Position numbers and translations under genes: made by a program. A stretch of 64,000 nt of DNA from a virus: IMG/VR virus record IMGVR_UViG_3300030616_000017, positions 83,159-147,158 of that record. One strand, written 5' to 3'. The notes beneath the pieces were generated by a model that was given only the letters and a program-made list of their open reading frames with translations, searched no databases and was not told where the DNA came from. Below are positions 26,826 through 36,054 of the stretch, piece after piece. How positions within the stretch are numbered: position 1 is the stretch's first letter; every line of letters starts with the position of its first letter.

Positions 26826-27247
26826 AGAAGGTTATGCTGCTGATTGTTGTATTGATGTGTCTGTTGGGAATGCCTCTTATGGCTCAGCAGAGAACAGTTA
26901 TTGATCTCACTGCAGGAGAAATGTGGGGCGTCTATTCCGAGGATGAAAAGCTGGCTTTTGTTATCGGGTACATGATGGCTATGGCTATGACAATGGAATT
27001 CGCTGATGGAATGGTTGAAGAAGAACTAATAGAGGGAGTAGGCCTGATGGTTCTTTACCGCTGGCTTCTGTATGATATTCAGGTAGGATATCTTGTTGAG
27101 CAAATTGATTATGTAGCCAATAAGCATAGGGCTTGGGATTATCCCCTCAGTGATGTAATTCTAATGGCAGCAGGAGTAAACCCTGAATACCTGATGCAAG
27201 ACTATGAAGAGGAAATAGTTCCACAGCCAAATAACTCATCTATGTGA
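26822..27247 (+). CDS. secreted hypothetical protein
   Basis: Signal peptide MKKVMLLIVVLMCLLGMPLMA. Confidence 0.65.
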   Translation: MKKVMLLIVVLMCLLGMPLMAQQRTVIDLTAGEMWGVYSEDEKLAFVIGYMMAMAMTMEFADGMVEEELIEGVGLMVLYRWLLYDIQVGYLVEQIDYVANKHRAWDYPLSDVILMAAGVNPEYLMQDYEEEIVPQPNNSSM

Positions 27248-27257
27248 GGGTTTTAAA

Positions 27258-28148
27258 ATGAAGAATCAAAGAATAATTTTTCTAAAAGGACTTCCCGCTT
27301 CTGGGAAGTCCACTAGAGCCAGATATATGGTAACAGAAGGTAAAGGCGATTATGTCCGTGTAAACAAGGATGATCTTCGTCTCATGCTTTTTGATAAGCA
27401 TTGGAGCTCTAGTAGAGAGAAACTCGTAGTGAAAGTTCGTGATCAGATTGTAAGGGAAATTCTTGAAAGCGGAAGAACCCCCATTGTTGATGATACCAAC
27501 TATGCACCTAAGCATTATAATACTATCAAAGCAATTGCGAACGCATATGGGGTTGAAGTTGTAGTAGTGGAAATGGAGACCTCTATTGCGGAATGCATAG
27601 AAAGAAATCGTAATCGTCCTATCTCTGAAAGAGTTCCTGAGCATGTTATTTGGGATATGTATGAAAAATATATTCTTCCTAGAAAGCAGCAAGAGCTTAT
27701 TTTTGCTAAACTTCTTCCTAAAGCTATTATGGTGGATGTAGATGGTACTCTTGCTCTTCATGAAGAGAGATCTCCTTTTAACTATCATGAGTGTCTCGAT
27801 GATACTTTGAATGAACCAATTGCAGAGCTTGTACGAGAATATGCCCTTACTCATAGGGTATTAATTGTAACAGGCAGAGAGAATATGAAGTATGGGGATA
27901 AAGAGTTTAGCTCTGTTTTAGAATTCACAAAGGAATGGCTTGATAGAAATGGTGTGCCTTATGATGCAGTTTTCATTCGAGAAGAAGGTGATCATCGAAA
28001 AGATTATCTAGTGAAGAAAGAACTTTGGGACAGATATATCAAAGGACAGTATAACGTGAAGTTTGTTCTAGATGATCGTAAACAGGTAATAGATATGTGG
28101 CGCGAAGAGGGGCTTACTGTTCTTGATGTAGCGGGGCATACCTTTTAG
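27258..28148 (+). CDS. pseT: polynucleotide 5'-kinase/3'-phosphatase (Pnkp)
   Basis: GLPASGKST P-loop, DDTN; HAD DVDGTL, TGR, LDDR. Confidence 0.93.
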   Translation: MKNQRIIFLKGLPASGKSTRARYMVTEGKGDYVRVNKDDLRLMLFDKHWSSSREKLVVKVRDQIVREILESGRTPIVDDTNYAPKHYNTIKAIANAYGVEVVVVEMETSIAECIERNRNRPISERVPEHVIWDMYEKYILPRKQQELIFAKLLPKAIMVDVDGTLALHEERSPFNYHECLDDTLNEPIAELVREYALTHRVLIVTGRENMKYGDKEFSSVLEFTKEWLDRNGVPYDAVFIREEGDHRKDYLVKKELWDRYIKGQYNVKFVLDDRKQVIDMWREEGLTVLDVAGHTF

Positions 28149-28157
28149 GAGGTAAAT

Positions 28158-28373
28158 ATGTTTATAACTCAAGATGGAAAAGATTGGATTAATTTGGGAC
28201 AATTGTATGCTATTACAAAGGTGCCAGCTCAAGAGGTAGGGACGTCAAAACATCAAATCTATTTTAGATTACCAGGTGTTCCTAAAATCTGGTATTATTC
28301 TACTGAAGAAGAGATGAACAAAGCTTTTGATCAAATTATGGAGACTATTCCAAAGAAGTGGATAATAGAATGA
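28158..28373 (+). CDS. hypothetical protein
   Basis: ORF with GGAGG SD. Confidence 0.6.
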   Translation: MFITQDGKDWINLGQLYAITKVPAQEVGTSKHQIYFRLPGVPKIWYYSTEEEMNKAFDQIMETIPKKWIIE

Positions 28374-28762
28374 TAGACAAGACAAAAGTTGAAGAATATT
28401 TGGATCTGTCTATTGAAATAGAAGATGCTGCAAATAAGCTTTTAGAATGGGCTGAAAAAGTTCCTGAAATTATAGTGCCTACTTATTCGGTTTTATCTTT
28501 TGAATATATTGAGGATAATAAACTCTGGTATACTGGATATGAAAATTATTGTGGTTATTCTGAAGATGTTGGTTTTATCCTTCCTTTAAATCTTCTTTAT
28601 AGTGAAGAAAATCGCCAAGCCTATGTAAATAAGATAAAAGAAGAAAAACGTAAAAAGGAAGAACGGAAGAAACAAATAGAAAAAGAAAAGAAAGTAAAGC
28701 GTCAGAAAGAGCTCTTTGAATATTATCAAGAACTCAAGAAAGAGTTTGAAGGAAAGGAGTAA
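28370..28762 (+). CDS. hypothetical protein
   Basis: ATG 28370 overlaps upstream stop. Confidence 0.6.
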   Translation: MIDKTKVEEYLDLSIEIEDAANKLLEWAEKVPEIIVPTYSVLSFEYIEDNKLWYTGYENYCGYSEDVGFILPLNLLYSEENRQAYVNKIKEEKRKKEERKKQIEKEKKVKRQKELFEYYQELKKEFEGKE

Positions 28763-28765
28763 AAA

Positions 28766-29146
28766 ATGGAACTTGTGCAGTACGTAACAGATGAAAAAGG
28801 AAAAAAGATTGGCTGTTTGGTATCCACTGGAAAGGGAAAGATTGGTTGGAGTATTTGTCATCGACTAGATACCTTTAACAAACAGAAGGCAAGGGAAATT
28901 GCAAGAGGCCGAGCTGAAAAGGGAAAGAAAATGGTGATTGTAGACTCGAATGATACAGCTATGACTATTTTTTCTCAAAGCTTTATTATTGCGAAGGAAG
29001 AATATAATATGATTCTGAATGATCCTTTGTCTAAATGGGATGTGGCTTCTGAGATTGTTTTCGCTCCTCGTGAGTATAAAAGACATTTTATGCTTAAAGC
29101 AGCAAAGAAGTTCGAAGAACGAGTTAACAAGTACTACAAGGACTAA
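28766..29146 (+). CDS. hypothetical phage protein
   Basis: GWSIC...D.FNK..AREIA.GRA pattern. Confidence 0.65.
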   Translation: MELVQYVTDEKGKKIGCLVSTGKGKIGWSICHRLDTFNKQKAREIARGRAEKGKKMVIVDSNDTAMTIFSQSFIIAKEEYNMILNDPLSKWDVASEIVFAPREYKRHFMLKAAKKFEERVNKYYKD

Positions 29147-29149
29147 GAT

Positions 29150-29320
29150 ATGAATCTGAAGCTAAAGTATCAGAAATACAGATTTCGCCGGGGGCTTTTT
29201 GGAAGGATTATTCTTCAGGTTAGTCATGGAAGAAAAGCCCTTACTTCCCCAGGAGACTTTAGGGACATATGGCGGGACGCTAAGATGACCGATTTTAAGG
29301 TGGAGGATAATGGAGATTAA
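29150..29320 (+). CDS. small hypothetical protein (56 aa)
   Basis: Fills the gap; MNLKLKYQKYRFRRGLFGRIILQV...WRDAK. Confidence 0.55.
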   Translation: MNLKLKYQKYRFRRGLFGRIILQVSHGRKALTSPGDFRDIWRDAKMTDFKVEDNGD

Positions 29321-29615
29321 AAGAATTATTCAACTTAATCTAGATACTCCTGATTCTATTTATACAGATATTTGTAATATCATGGAAAATCAAGGTGTCT
29401 TTGTGCGCTGTGGCTCCCCTGATGATAAATGGATTGAGGGTAAGTGGCCCGATGAAGAAGCATATATGGCTTGGTTAGCCGCGATAGGTGTAGGAGGAAA
29501 AGTAGAAGACCCTCCATCAACTGTAGGTAATGAAAGAACTTGTCCTTTTTGTAAACTAGTAATTCCAAATGTTGGGAATTACTGCCCTTATTGTGGAGCT
29601 AATATATGCGATTAG
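29310..29615 (+). CDS. Zn-ribbon hypothetical protein
   Basis: C-terminal CPFC...YCPYCGA. Confidence 0.6.
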   Translation: MEIKRIIQLNLDTPDSIYTDICNIMENQGVFVRCGSPDDKWIEGKWPDEEAYMAWLAAIGVGGKVEDPPSTVGNERTCPFCKLVIPNVGNYCPYCGANICD

Positions 29616-29965
29616 GAATAGTAGGTAGTAGAGACTTTACAGACTTCGATTTTATGGAACAGCATATTTTTCAAAACTTCAAAGTTGACTATATCACAGC
29701 TATCGTTTCAGGTGGGGCTATGGGAGCAGATATACTTGCCGAACGTTTTGCAGACAAATATAAAATACCTACACTTATCTACGAGCCAAAATGGGCTACA
29801 TATGGTAAAAAAGCAGGCTATATGCGTAATATAGACATTGTGAAAAACAGTGACCATTTACTTGCTTTTTGGGACGGAAAAAGCAAAGGCACGTCCCACT
29901 CTATCAATTTAGCTAAAGATATTCTTGGACCAACAAAAGTCACTATTGTTTACTTTACAAAATAA
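29606..29965 (+). CDS. SLOG (YspA/DUF2493-like) protein
   Basis: GSRDF, SGGAMGAD, AGYMRN, WDGKSKGT. Confidence 0.85.
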   Translation: MRLGIVGSRDFTDFDFMEQHIFQNFKVDYITAIVSGGAMGADILAERFADKYKIPTLIYEPKWATYGKKAGYMRNIDIVKNSDHLLAFWDGKSKGTSHSINLAKDILGPTKVTIVYFTK

Positions 29966-29996
29966 TATTTTTTTGTTATATTATAGATGAAAGGAG

Positions 29997-31001
29997 ATGA
30001 AAATGCTTGAGAAAACAATGAAACAGATTCTTACTAAGAAAATTAAAGCTTGGAAAGCAACGATTGAGGACACAGAAATTCAAAGGATCATAGATAAAGA
30101 TCTTATTGTAACTGGTGGTTGTTTTACTTCTATGATTCTTAATGAAGCCCCAAAGGATTATGATTGTTATTTTCGTACTAAAGAAAGTGTTCTTAAAGTG
30201 GCTAATTACTATGTAGATAAATGGAATGAAGAACATGGGAAAAAGAAAAACGGAGCGGGATATCATTCTAAAGTATTTGTGGTAGATGGAGACAATCCTT
30301 CTCAAGAGGTTCTTGAATATTTTCATGTTGAAGATCCTAATGAATCACGAGCAGTAATGATGAGTAATATCCAGAAAGGAAGAGTCAAGATCATTTATCC
30401 ATCAGATGGAGTAGTGGGCGATCCTGAGGAAATTCATGCAAGTGAAGAGCTTGGAACCGCAGTAGAAAATATTGGAGAAATTGATGAAGTAAAAGCAGAT
30501 GAAATTCTGGAAAAAGAAAAGAAAGAATATTTTCCTGTTTTTATCTCTTCTAATGCAATAACCCTTTCTAATGGAGTTCAGATTGTAGTACGCTTCTATG
30601 GTGAGCCAAGTGATATTCATGATACATATGATTTTGAACATACTAAAGCATACTACGATAACAAGGCTAAAGAAGTTGTAATTCCTAAAGAAGTTTATGA
30701 GATGGTTATTAATAAGACCCTCCGTTATTCAGGAAGCAGATATCCTGTATGTAGTCTTTTTAGATTAAGAAAGTTTATCAATCGAGGGTGGAAGATAAAC
30801 GCTGGTCAAATCCTCAAAATAGCTATGCAAGTGTCTGAACTTAATCTTATGGATATCAATGTTTTGGAAGATCAGCTTATCGGAGTAGATAGCCTTTACT
30901 TTATGAATCTTATTCATCAGTTCCGCAAACAGAAAGAAAAGAGTCCTGATTTTGAACTAACACCGAACTACATTATTTCTATTATTGATAAAATATTTTA
31001 A
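29997..31001 (+). CDS. Pol-beta-superfamily nucleotidyltransferase-like protein
   Basis: VTGGCF..M....PKDYDCYF (GG + DxD), YDF, RLRKF..RGW. Confidence 0.6.
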   Translation: MKMLEKTMKQILTKKIKAWKATIEDTEIQRIIDKDLIVTGGCFTSMILNEAPKDYDCYFRTKESVLKVANYYVDKWNEEHGKKKNGAGYHSKVFVVDGDNPSQEVLEYFHVEDPNESRAVMMSNIQKGRVKIIYPSDGVVGDPEEIHASEELGTAVENIGEIDEVKADEILEKEKKEYFPVFISSNAITLSNGVQIVVRFYGEPSDIHDTYDFEHTKAYYDNKAKEVVIPKEVYEMVINKTLRYSGSRYPVCSLFRLRKFINRGWKINAGQILKIAMQVSELNLMDINVLEDQLIGVDSLYFMNLIHQFRKQKEKSPDFELTPNYIISIIDKIF

Positions 31002-31010
31002 GGAAAAATT

Positions 31011-31544
31011 ATGCCAGAAAACCATATAATGGTAGACCTTGAAACAATGAACTCCACTCCCGATTCTGCTATCACTTCAATAGGGGCTGTAAAGTTTAAT
31101 CTCGATAAGGGGCTTATTACTGATGATTTTTATGTAAGAGTTAAGCTTCAATCTTGTCTTGATGTTGGTTTAACTATAGGAGCCGACACTATTCAATGGT
31201 GGCTAAAACAAAGTGAAGAAGCGAGAATGGAAATAGCCAAGCCAGGAGATTATCGAATTGAAGAAGCTTTAGAACAACTTAAAAAGTGGATGGGAGATTA
31301 TCCTGTTGTTTGGGGCAATGGGGCTGCATTTGATAATGTTATTCTTAAAAATGCATATAAGGCCGTAGGAGAAGAAGCTCCGTGGCCCTATTGGAATGAT
31401 AGATGTTTTAGAACATTAAAAGCTCTGTTGCCTAAAATAAAGTTTGAAAGAAAAGGAGCCCATATAGCAGTTGAAGATGCCCGTTATCAGGCTATTTATC
31501 TTATGAAAGCATTGGGAGTATACGGTGGCGAAGAAAAAAACTAA
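31011..31544 (+). CDS. DEDDh 3'-5' exonuclease
   Basis: DLET, GNG..FD, RCFRT, H.A.EDA.YQ. Confidence 0.88.
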   Translation: MPENHIMVDLETMNSTPDSAITSIGAVKFNLDKGLITDDFYVRVKLQSCLDVGLTIGADTIQWWLKQSEEARMEIAKPGDYRIEEALEQLKKWMGDYPVVWGNGAAFDNVILKNAYKAVGEEAPWPYWNDRCFRTLKALLPKIKFERKGAHIAVEDARYQAIYLMKALGVYGGEEKN

Positions 31545-31740
31545 AGATACGGAGCTTACACCGAAGCAAAAGAAAAAAGTAGAAGCTTCTAAAAGGAGAC
31601 CTTCTTTATCAGACTTTATAGGTCTTAAACTTACAGATGTAAGTGGTGAGGATGGAAAAGCATATTTACATTTTTCTAACAATTATAAGCTTATCTTATC
31701 AGGTAATATATCATTTAAGGTAGAGGAAGTAAATAAATGA
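31525..31740 (+). CDS. hypothetical protein
   Basis: ORF track. Confidence 0.5.
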   Translation: MAKKKTKDTELTPKQKKKVEASKRRPSLSDFIGLKLTDVSGEDGKAYLHFSNNYKLILSGNISFKVEEVNK

Positions 31741-32402
31741 TAAAGATTAAGAATGTCAAGATTTATGGATTAGAAGAATCAATTAAACGTAGTGGTTATC
31801 CAATGCAGTGTGGAGAGCCAGATGATTTTGGATTTTTTGGAGTATTACCTACTGCAAAGCCTACAGAAGAACAAGAATCGGTTTGGCAGGATAATATCAT
31901 TCTTTCTGATAAAGATTGGAACAGAGCAGAAAAGTTAAGTAGTGTCCGAACAGGAACAGGACATGATAATTTTCTAAAAGGAATTGTTGTACAATTTGAT
32001 CTTAAATATCCTCTCTATTTTACCAAACAGCTACAGCGGTATCATTTTATTGATTTTGTTTCTTCTCAATCCACCATGCATAGTGTTACTAAGAGAGGAT
32101 CTATTGCTCCTTTTTGTAATAAGTATGTGGAGCATCATATAATTGAATTAGTGAATCTTTTTATTCAGTCTTACAATAATGCAAAACTTAAAGAAGATAA
32201 GTATTTTTGGTTTATGAAGATTGTTTCTAATCTTCCTTCTGGATTTGAACTTTGGGCTGGAATGACAACGAATTATCTTCAGCTTAAAACAATTTATCAG
32301 CAACGCAAAAAGCATAAGTTGAAAGAAGATTGGGGTGAATTTTGTGAATGGATAGAAACATTACCTTATTTTAGAGACTGGGTTATCAAGGAAAAGAAAT
32401 GA
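31737..32402 (+). CDS. divergent ThyX-fold protein
   Basis: GHDNFL, QLQRYHFIDFVSSQSTMH, NYLQLK.IY.QR. Confidence 0.55.
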   Translation: MIKIKNVKIYGLEESIKRSGYPMQCGEPDDFGFFGVLPTAKPTEEQESVWQDNIILSDKDWNRAEKLSSVRTGTGHDNFLKGIVVQFDLKYPLYFTKQLQRYHFIDFVSSQSTMHSVTKRGSIAPFCNKYVEHHIIELVNLFIQSYNNAKLKEDKYFWFMKIVSNLPSGFELWAGMTTNYLQLKTIYQQRKKHKLKEDWGEFCEWIETLPYFRDWVIKEKK

Positions 32403-32734
32403 TAATAAGAGACAGAGAAGAAAAATTAATTCGTGTGAAAATCGAAAACGAATGGCCTGAAGCTATCAGTGACGGGCTTAATATTTCTTGTGCCTGGTGC
32501 GGAAGAAAGGTTTTTTTAGACTACGCTGTTAAAGATGAGATTTGGAAGAAAGTAGTTCCTCCTGCCGATCGTCCTAAAGTTATTTGTATCGATTGTTTTC
32601 TCAAAGAAGCTCTTAGATTAAAAATAGATGTAGGAACAGCATTTGAGGATATCCAGATTGTTACAGGAGCAGGGCAAACTATACAAATGCTTCCTACAGT
32701 AGTATTTCATTATGAGGATTGGATAAATGAGTAA
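32399..32734 (+). CDS. Zn-binding hypothetical protein
   Basis: CAWC...CIDC. Confidence 0.6.
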   Translation: MIIRDREEKLIRVKIENEWPEAISDGLNISCAWCGRKVFLDYAVKDEIWKKVVPPADRPKVICIDCFLKEALRLKIDVGTAFEDIQIVTGAGQTIQMLPTVVFHYEDWINE

Positions 32735-32767
32735 TGATAAAACTTTTAAAATATCAGGGGTAGAGGG

Positions 32768-32980
32768 ATGAAAACAAAAAAAGCTAAAGTATTTTCGTTT
32801 ATTGGTTTGCTAACAATTCTGTTTATACTGATGGTAATAGGAGTTGTAGCAGTACATTTTAATTGGGGAGACAACGGACCTTTTGTATGCTTTTTCTGTG
32901 GTGCATTAGCTGCTAAGGTTGTCGATTGGTTTGGCAAGATGAGTGATGAAGAAGAAAAAGAGGTAACAGATGGAAAATAG
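32768..32980 (+). CDS. small membrane protein
   Basis: Two hydrophobic segments. Confidence 0.55.
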   Translation: MKTKKAKVFSFIGLLTILFILMVIGVVAVHFNWGDNGPFVCFFCGALAAKVVDWFGKMSDEEEKEVTDGK

Positions 32981-33173
32981 TGTAGGTTTTTCTCTTCTAT
33001 CACTAACTGTTTATCCTAATATTGATTTTTCTGTAGGGACTGTTCATATAGGAGAGAGTGCTATCTCTCTTTTTAGGGTTAAGGTTTTTGAAAACGGGGT
33101 AACTGTATTTCATAGTTTGGGATTAAACTTTGCAATAGGAGAAATATCTGATGATTACCAGGACAAAGAGTAA
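32970..33173 (+). CDS. hypothetical protein
   Basis: ORF with GAGG SD. Confidence 0.5.
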   Translation: MENSVGFSLLSLTVYPNIDFSVGTVHIGESAISLFRVKVFENGVTVFHSLGLNFAIGEISDDYQDKE

Positions 33174-33510
33174 ACGGACTATTTACATTTCAGGGCCAAT
33201 GGAAGGAAAACCCAATAACAACTTTGCAGCATTTGAAGAAGCAGAGGAAATGCTAAAAGGGATGGGGTATGAGGTTATCAACCCCGCTAAACTTGCTGTC
33301 GATTCTAATTTTATAATTACCAATACTCCCAATAGACAGGATTATTATCGAAAGGATGTTAGAGCTCTTTCATATTGTACTGATATTTTTATGCTAAAGG
33401 ATTGGAACCTCTCTCATGGAGCAAAGTTTGAAAGGTATGTTGCTCTTGAAATTGGGGTAAAAATTCATTATTTTGGTGAGGTAGAAAGCGGGGTTTTGCG
33501 AGAAAGATAA
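33151..33510 (+). CDS. DUF4406 / nucleoside deoxyribosyltransferase-like protein
   Basis: IYISGPM.G, NPA, W..SHGAKFE. Confidence 0.8.
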   Translation: MITRTKSKRTIYISGPMEGKPNNNFAAFEEAEEMLKGMGYEVINPAKLAVDSNFIITNTPNRQDYYRKDVRALSYCTDIFMLKDWNLSHGAKFERYVALEIGVKIHYFGEVESGVLRER

Positions 33511-33528
33511 TACTAATATAATATGAAG

Positions 33529-33696
33529 CATACCTTCTATTGCTTGCCGATCCTAATTAGCTTAAAGGTAAAAGTGTCCTCACATCATCAAACAGAAAGT
33601 AGGGTTTTGAGAGCTCTCCCCACCGAGCTGTTTGTAGAGGAAGAGACGTGGGTTCAATTCCCGCGATTAGCCGTAGAATAGTAAAAGAAGAGTATG
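33529..33696 (+). ncRNA. tRNA-mimic RNA with expanded anticodon arm inside a long closing stem
   Basis: D arm GCTT-AAAGGTAA-AAGT, stem TCCTC/GAGGA around a 55-nt insert, T arm GTGGG-TTCAATT-CCCGC, outer stem CATAC-CTTCT/AGAAG-A-GTATG; ACTAATATA motif at 33512. Confidence 0.65.
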
Positions 33697-33798
33697 TAAC
33701 CCTTTCTGAAAAGGAGGTTGCTTTTTGAAGTTTTTCTAATAACATTCACTACTTGCGTTGCAAGAAAGCAAACCAAAAATGAAAGGAGTAAAAACATC

Positions 33799-33826
33799 AA
33801 CCCCTCTTTTTGAGGGGTTTTTATTT
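33799..33826 (+). terminator. intrinsic terminator
   Basis: AACCCCTC-TTTTT-GAGGGGTT + T run. Confidence 0.8.
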
Positions 33827-33878
33827 ACAAATACAAAGAAAGTTGTTATATTATAAATAGAGACATAAACATAGGAAG

Positions 33879-35189
33879 GTGAAGTATATGAGTTTGAGAG
33901 AAGGCATCCGCCAAAAAGTTCTTATTCGAGCGCTAGATCAAACACCTTGGGCTGTTAGTCTAGGGTTCGACTTTACAGCTGAGCACGAATGGGGCGTAAA
34001 AGCTATCGCGGAGAAACTTGGAATAGAAGAGAAGCCTAAAAATTGGAAGAATCTCTTAGTGCGCAAAACCTCAGAATTGCACATTGGGGAGACGAAGACT
34101 AAAGAGGAAGACACTCTTTACTACCTCTCCACTACAGAAGACCCTCTTGTAGTAAAAGAAAAACTTAATTATCTCAAGCCTAAAGAGGATATGTTCACTT
34201 TTTGGAATTGGGATGATTTTGTAATCTTCTTCCGGAGAGAGTACGATAGAGACTCTCTATATGCAAAATTCAAGGAAAAGAAGATGATGGTAGGCACAGT
34301 ACTTCCTGTCCGCACATACTTGCAAGAAGTCTACGGAAAGGAAGCTGGAGGTTTGATTTTTATAGATCAGACACATCTGCCTACTTCTGTTAAAGTAGAG
34401 ATAGGGGAGTACTATCGTCAGCGTCACAATCTGGATATTGTGGCTAAGAATACACAAGTGGAGCAAGCACTTGAAAAAGTTAGTCAGCAATGGAAGAAAA
34501 CTTTTCCAAATAGCTTCAGTTCCCCATGGGCTACCTTTAGCATTCACCCCACATGGATCGAGCAGACATCTTTGGATGAGACCTCTTCCGAACACGCTGT
34601 TGCTTTCTTTATTAACCCAATGTACCAAGATGCAGTAGCATCAGGATGGTTTACTGTTGAGCAGATATTTGATTGGGTCAATGAAGAGGTAAAAGAAGGG
34701 GGAATGATTAAAGATAAAGCTGAGTGGGAAAAAGTCGTTTTTTCTTGTAAGAACCATTCTCTTTACTCTGTTTTTCATCATTATAAGAATTTTAATCATT
34801 ACGAAAGCAAGCATTGGAGTACCGGCAAGAGACATCCTCACGAACAGGTAAGAATTCTTAAAAAAGATTTTGATGATGAGGAAACCTTTTCGACTATTGA
34901 AGCACACATTAAGTGGATTATGCGCGATGCTCTAAATGCTCAAAATTATATTACCCCTTCTACTATAGCTGATTACAATTTTGTTCTTCCTGTCTCTATT
35001 CAAGAGAGAACGTTTGGCATTTTTGAAGCACTATCAGCTATGGGTTTTTGCTATTTCGGAGCTGTGAATCATCCAGAGGAAAAAGAGAATGCTTCCTACT
35101 TGCTCGAGAAACTGCATGCAGAGGTAATACTAGAAATTGTAAGAGAATATTACCCTAATGAAATTCAAAGTACTTGGTTTGACAACTAA
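33879..35189 (+). CDS. hypothetical protein
   Basis: 436-aa ORF after a sigma70-like promoter. Confidence 0.75.
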   Translation: MKYMSLREGIRQKVLIRALDQTPWAVSLGFDFTAEHEWGVKAIAEKLGIEEKPKNWKNLLVRKTSELHIGETKTKEEDTLYYLSTTEDPLVVKEKLNYLKPKEDMFTFWNWDDFVIFFRREYDRDSLYAKFKEKKMMVGTVLPVRTYLQEVYGKEAGGLIFIDQTHLPTSVKVEIGEYYRQRHNLDIVAKNTQVEQALEKVSQQWKKTFPNSFSSPWATFSIHPTWIEQTSLDETSSEHAVAFFINPMYQDAVASGWFTVEQIFDWVNEEVKEGGMIKDKAEWEKVVFSCKNHSLYSVFHHYKNFNHYESKHWSTGKRHPHEQVRILKKDFDDEETFSTIEAHIKWIMRDALNAQNYITPSTIADYNFVLPVSIQERTFGIFEALSAMGFCYFGAVNHPEEKENASYLLEKLHAEVILEIVREYYPNEIQSTWFDN

Positions 35190-35206
35190 GAAGGAGAAAA
35201 CAAAGT

Positions 35207-35434
35207 ATGTCCGGAGAAAAGGTTTTTGATAAACGAGAAATCGATAGAATGCATAAAGGGGAGTTGTATCGAGAAAGAAGCTCAACTGAGCGCCAGATCA
35301 GAACACAAATTCAACATCTTGAACGGCTTGGGCCTACAGACAAATACCATGATATTAGAAGACAGCATCTCCGTGTATTATACGAAAAGAGATCTTATAT
35401 AGAGAAGAGAATCAAAGAACTAAATAAAGGATAA
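35207..35434 (+). CDS. hypothetical protein
   Basis: ORF with SD. Confidence 0.6.
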   Translation: MSGEKVFDKREIDRMHKGELYRERSSTERQIRTQIQHLERLGPTDKYHDIRRQHLRVLYEKRSYIEKRIKELNKG

Positions 35435-35437
35435 AAA

Positions 35438-35860
35438 ATGCCTACTCAAATTAAAATTGATCATAACTCATACTTTAATGGGTTAGCAGATGAGAAACTT
35501 GTGGTGTTATTATCTCGCTACGTGACTACATCTTCTCCTCAAGATGTTACACAGGAATTTATAAGAGAAGAACTAGGATCTATTTCTGAAGCTTTTGTAT
35601 ACAAAATGCTTCTTTCATATAAAGAAAACTTAATTAGAGAAGCAGCCAAAAGATGGTATGCTAAAGAGAAAAAGAATAATCAGCAATATATCTTACAATG
35701 CTTAACTTGTAAGCACATTGAGTTGGTTACAAAAGAAGAAAAAGATAAATTAGAAAAGGCTTTTTCAGTTTGTGGAGCCTATTGGTGGCGTTGCCCCGTA
35801 TGTGGTGTTAATCACTATTTAAAAGATATTTTGGTAAATGCCAAAATAAAAGGAGAATAA
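35438..35860 (+). CDS. Zn-ribbon hypothetical protein
   Basis: CLTC...CPVC. Confidence 0.6.
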   Translation: MPTQIKIDHNSYFNGLADEKLVVLLSRYVTTSSPQDVTQEFIREELGSISEAFVYKMLLSYKENLIREAAKRWYAKEKKNNQQYILQCLTCKHIELVTKEEKDKLEKAFSVCGAYWWRCPVCGVNHYLKDILVNAKIKGE

Positions 35861-35862
35861 AT

Positions 35863-36051
35863 ATGAAAGGCTATAGAATAAGAAGAATCTATTTTCATGT
35901 CACTCCGTGGACGGATTGGTTTATAATTCCAACACTTCGAGTTTATCGCGCTAGTGTAGAGAAGAGTTCTTTAGTGGCTTATGTAGAAGTGGGTGTAATG
36001 TTTTTGAAATGGGAAGTTGTATGTACTTATTATCCTGGTAGAAAGGTATAA
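35863..36051 (+). CDS. hypothetical protein
   Basis: ORF with SD. Confidence 0.55.
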   Translation: MKGYRIRRIYFHVTPWTDWFIIPTLRVYRASVEKSSLVAYVEVGVMFLKWEVVCTYYPGRKV

Positions 36052-36054
36052 AAA

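Noticed and set aside
33582-33636. Self-splicing or archaeal-type intron in a tRNA
   Set aside because: 55 nt is too short for group I/II, there is no clear bulge-helix-bulge, and I could not find an excision giving a canonical anticodon loop.
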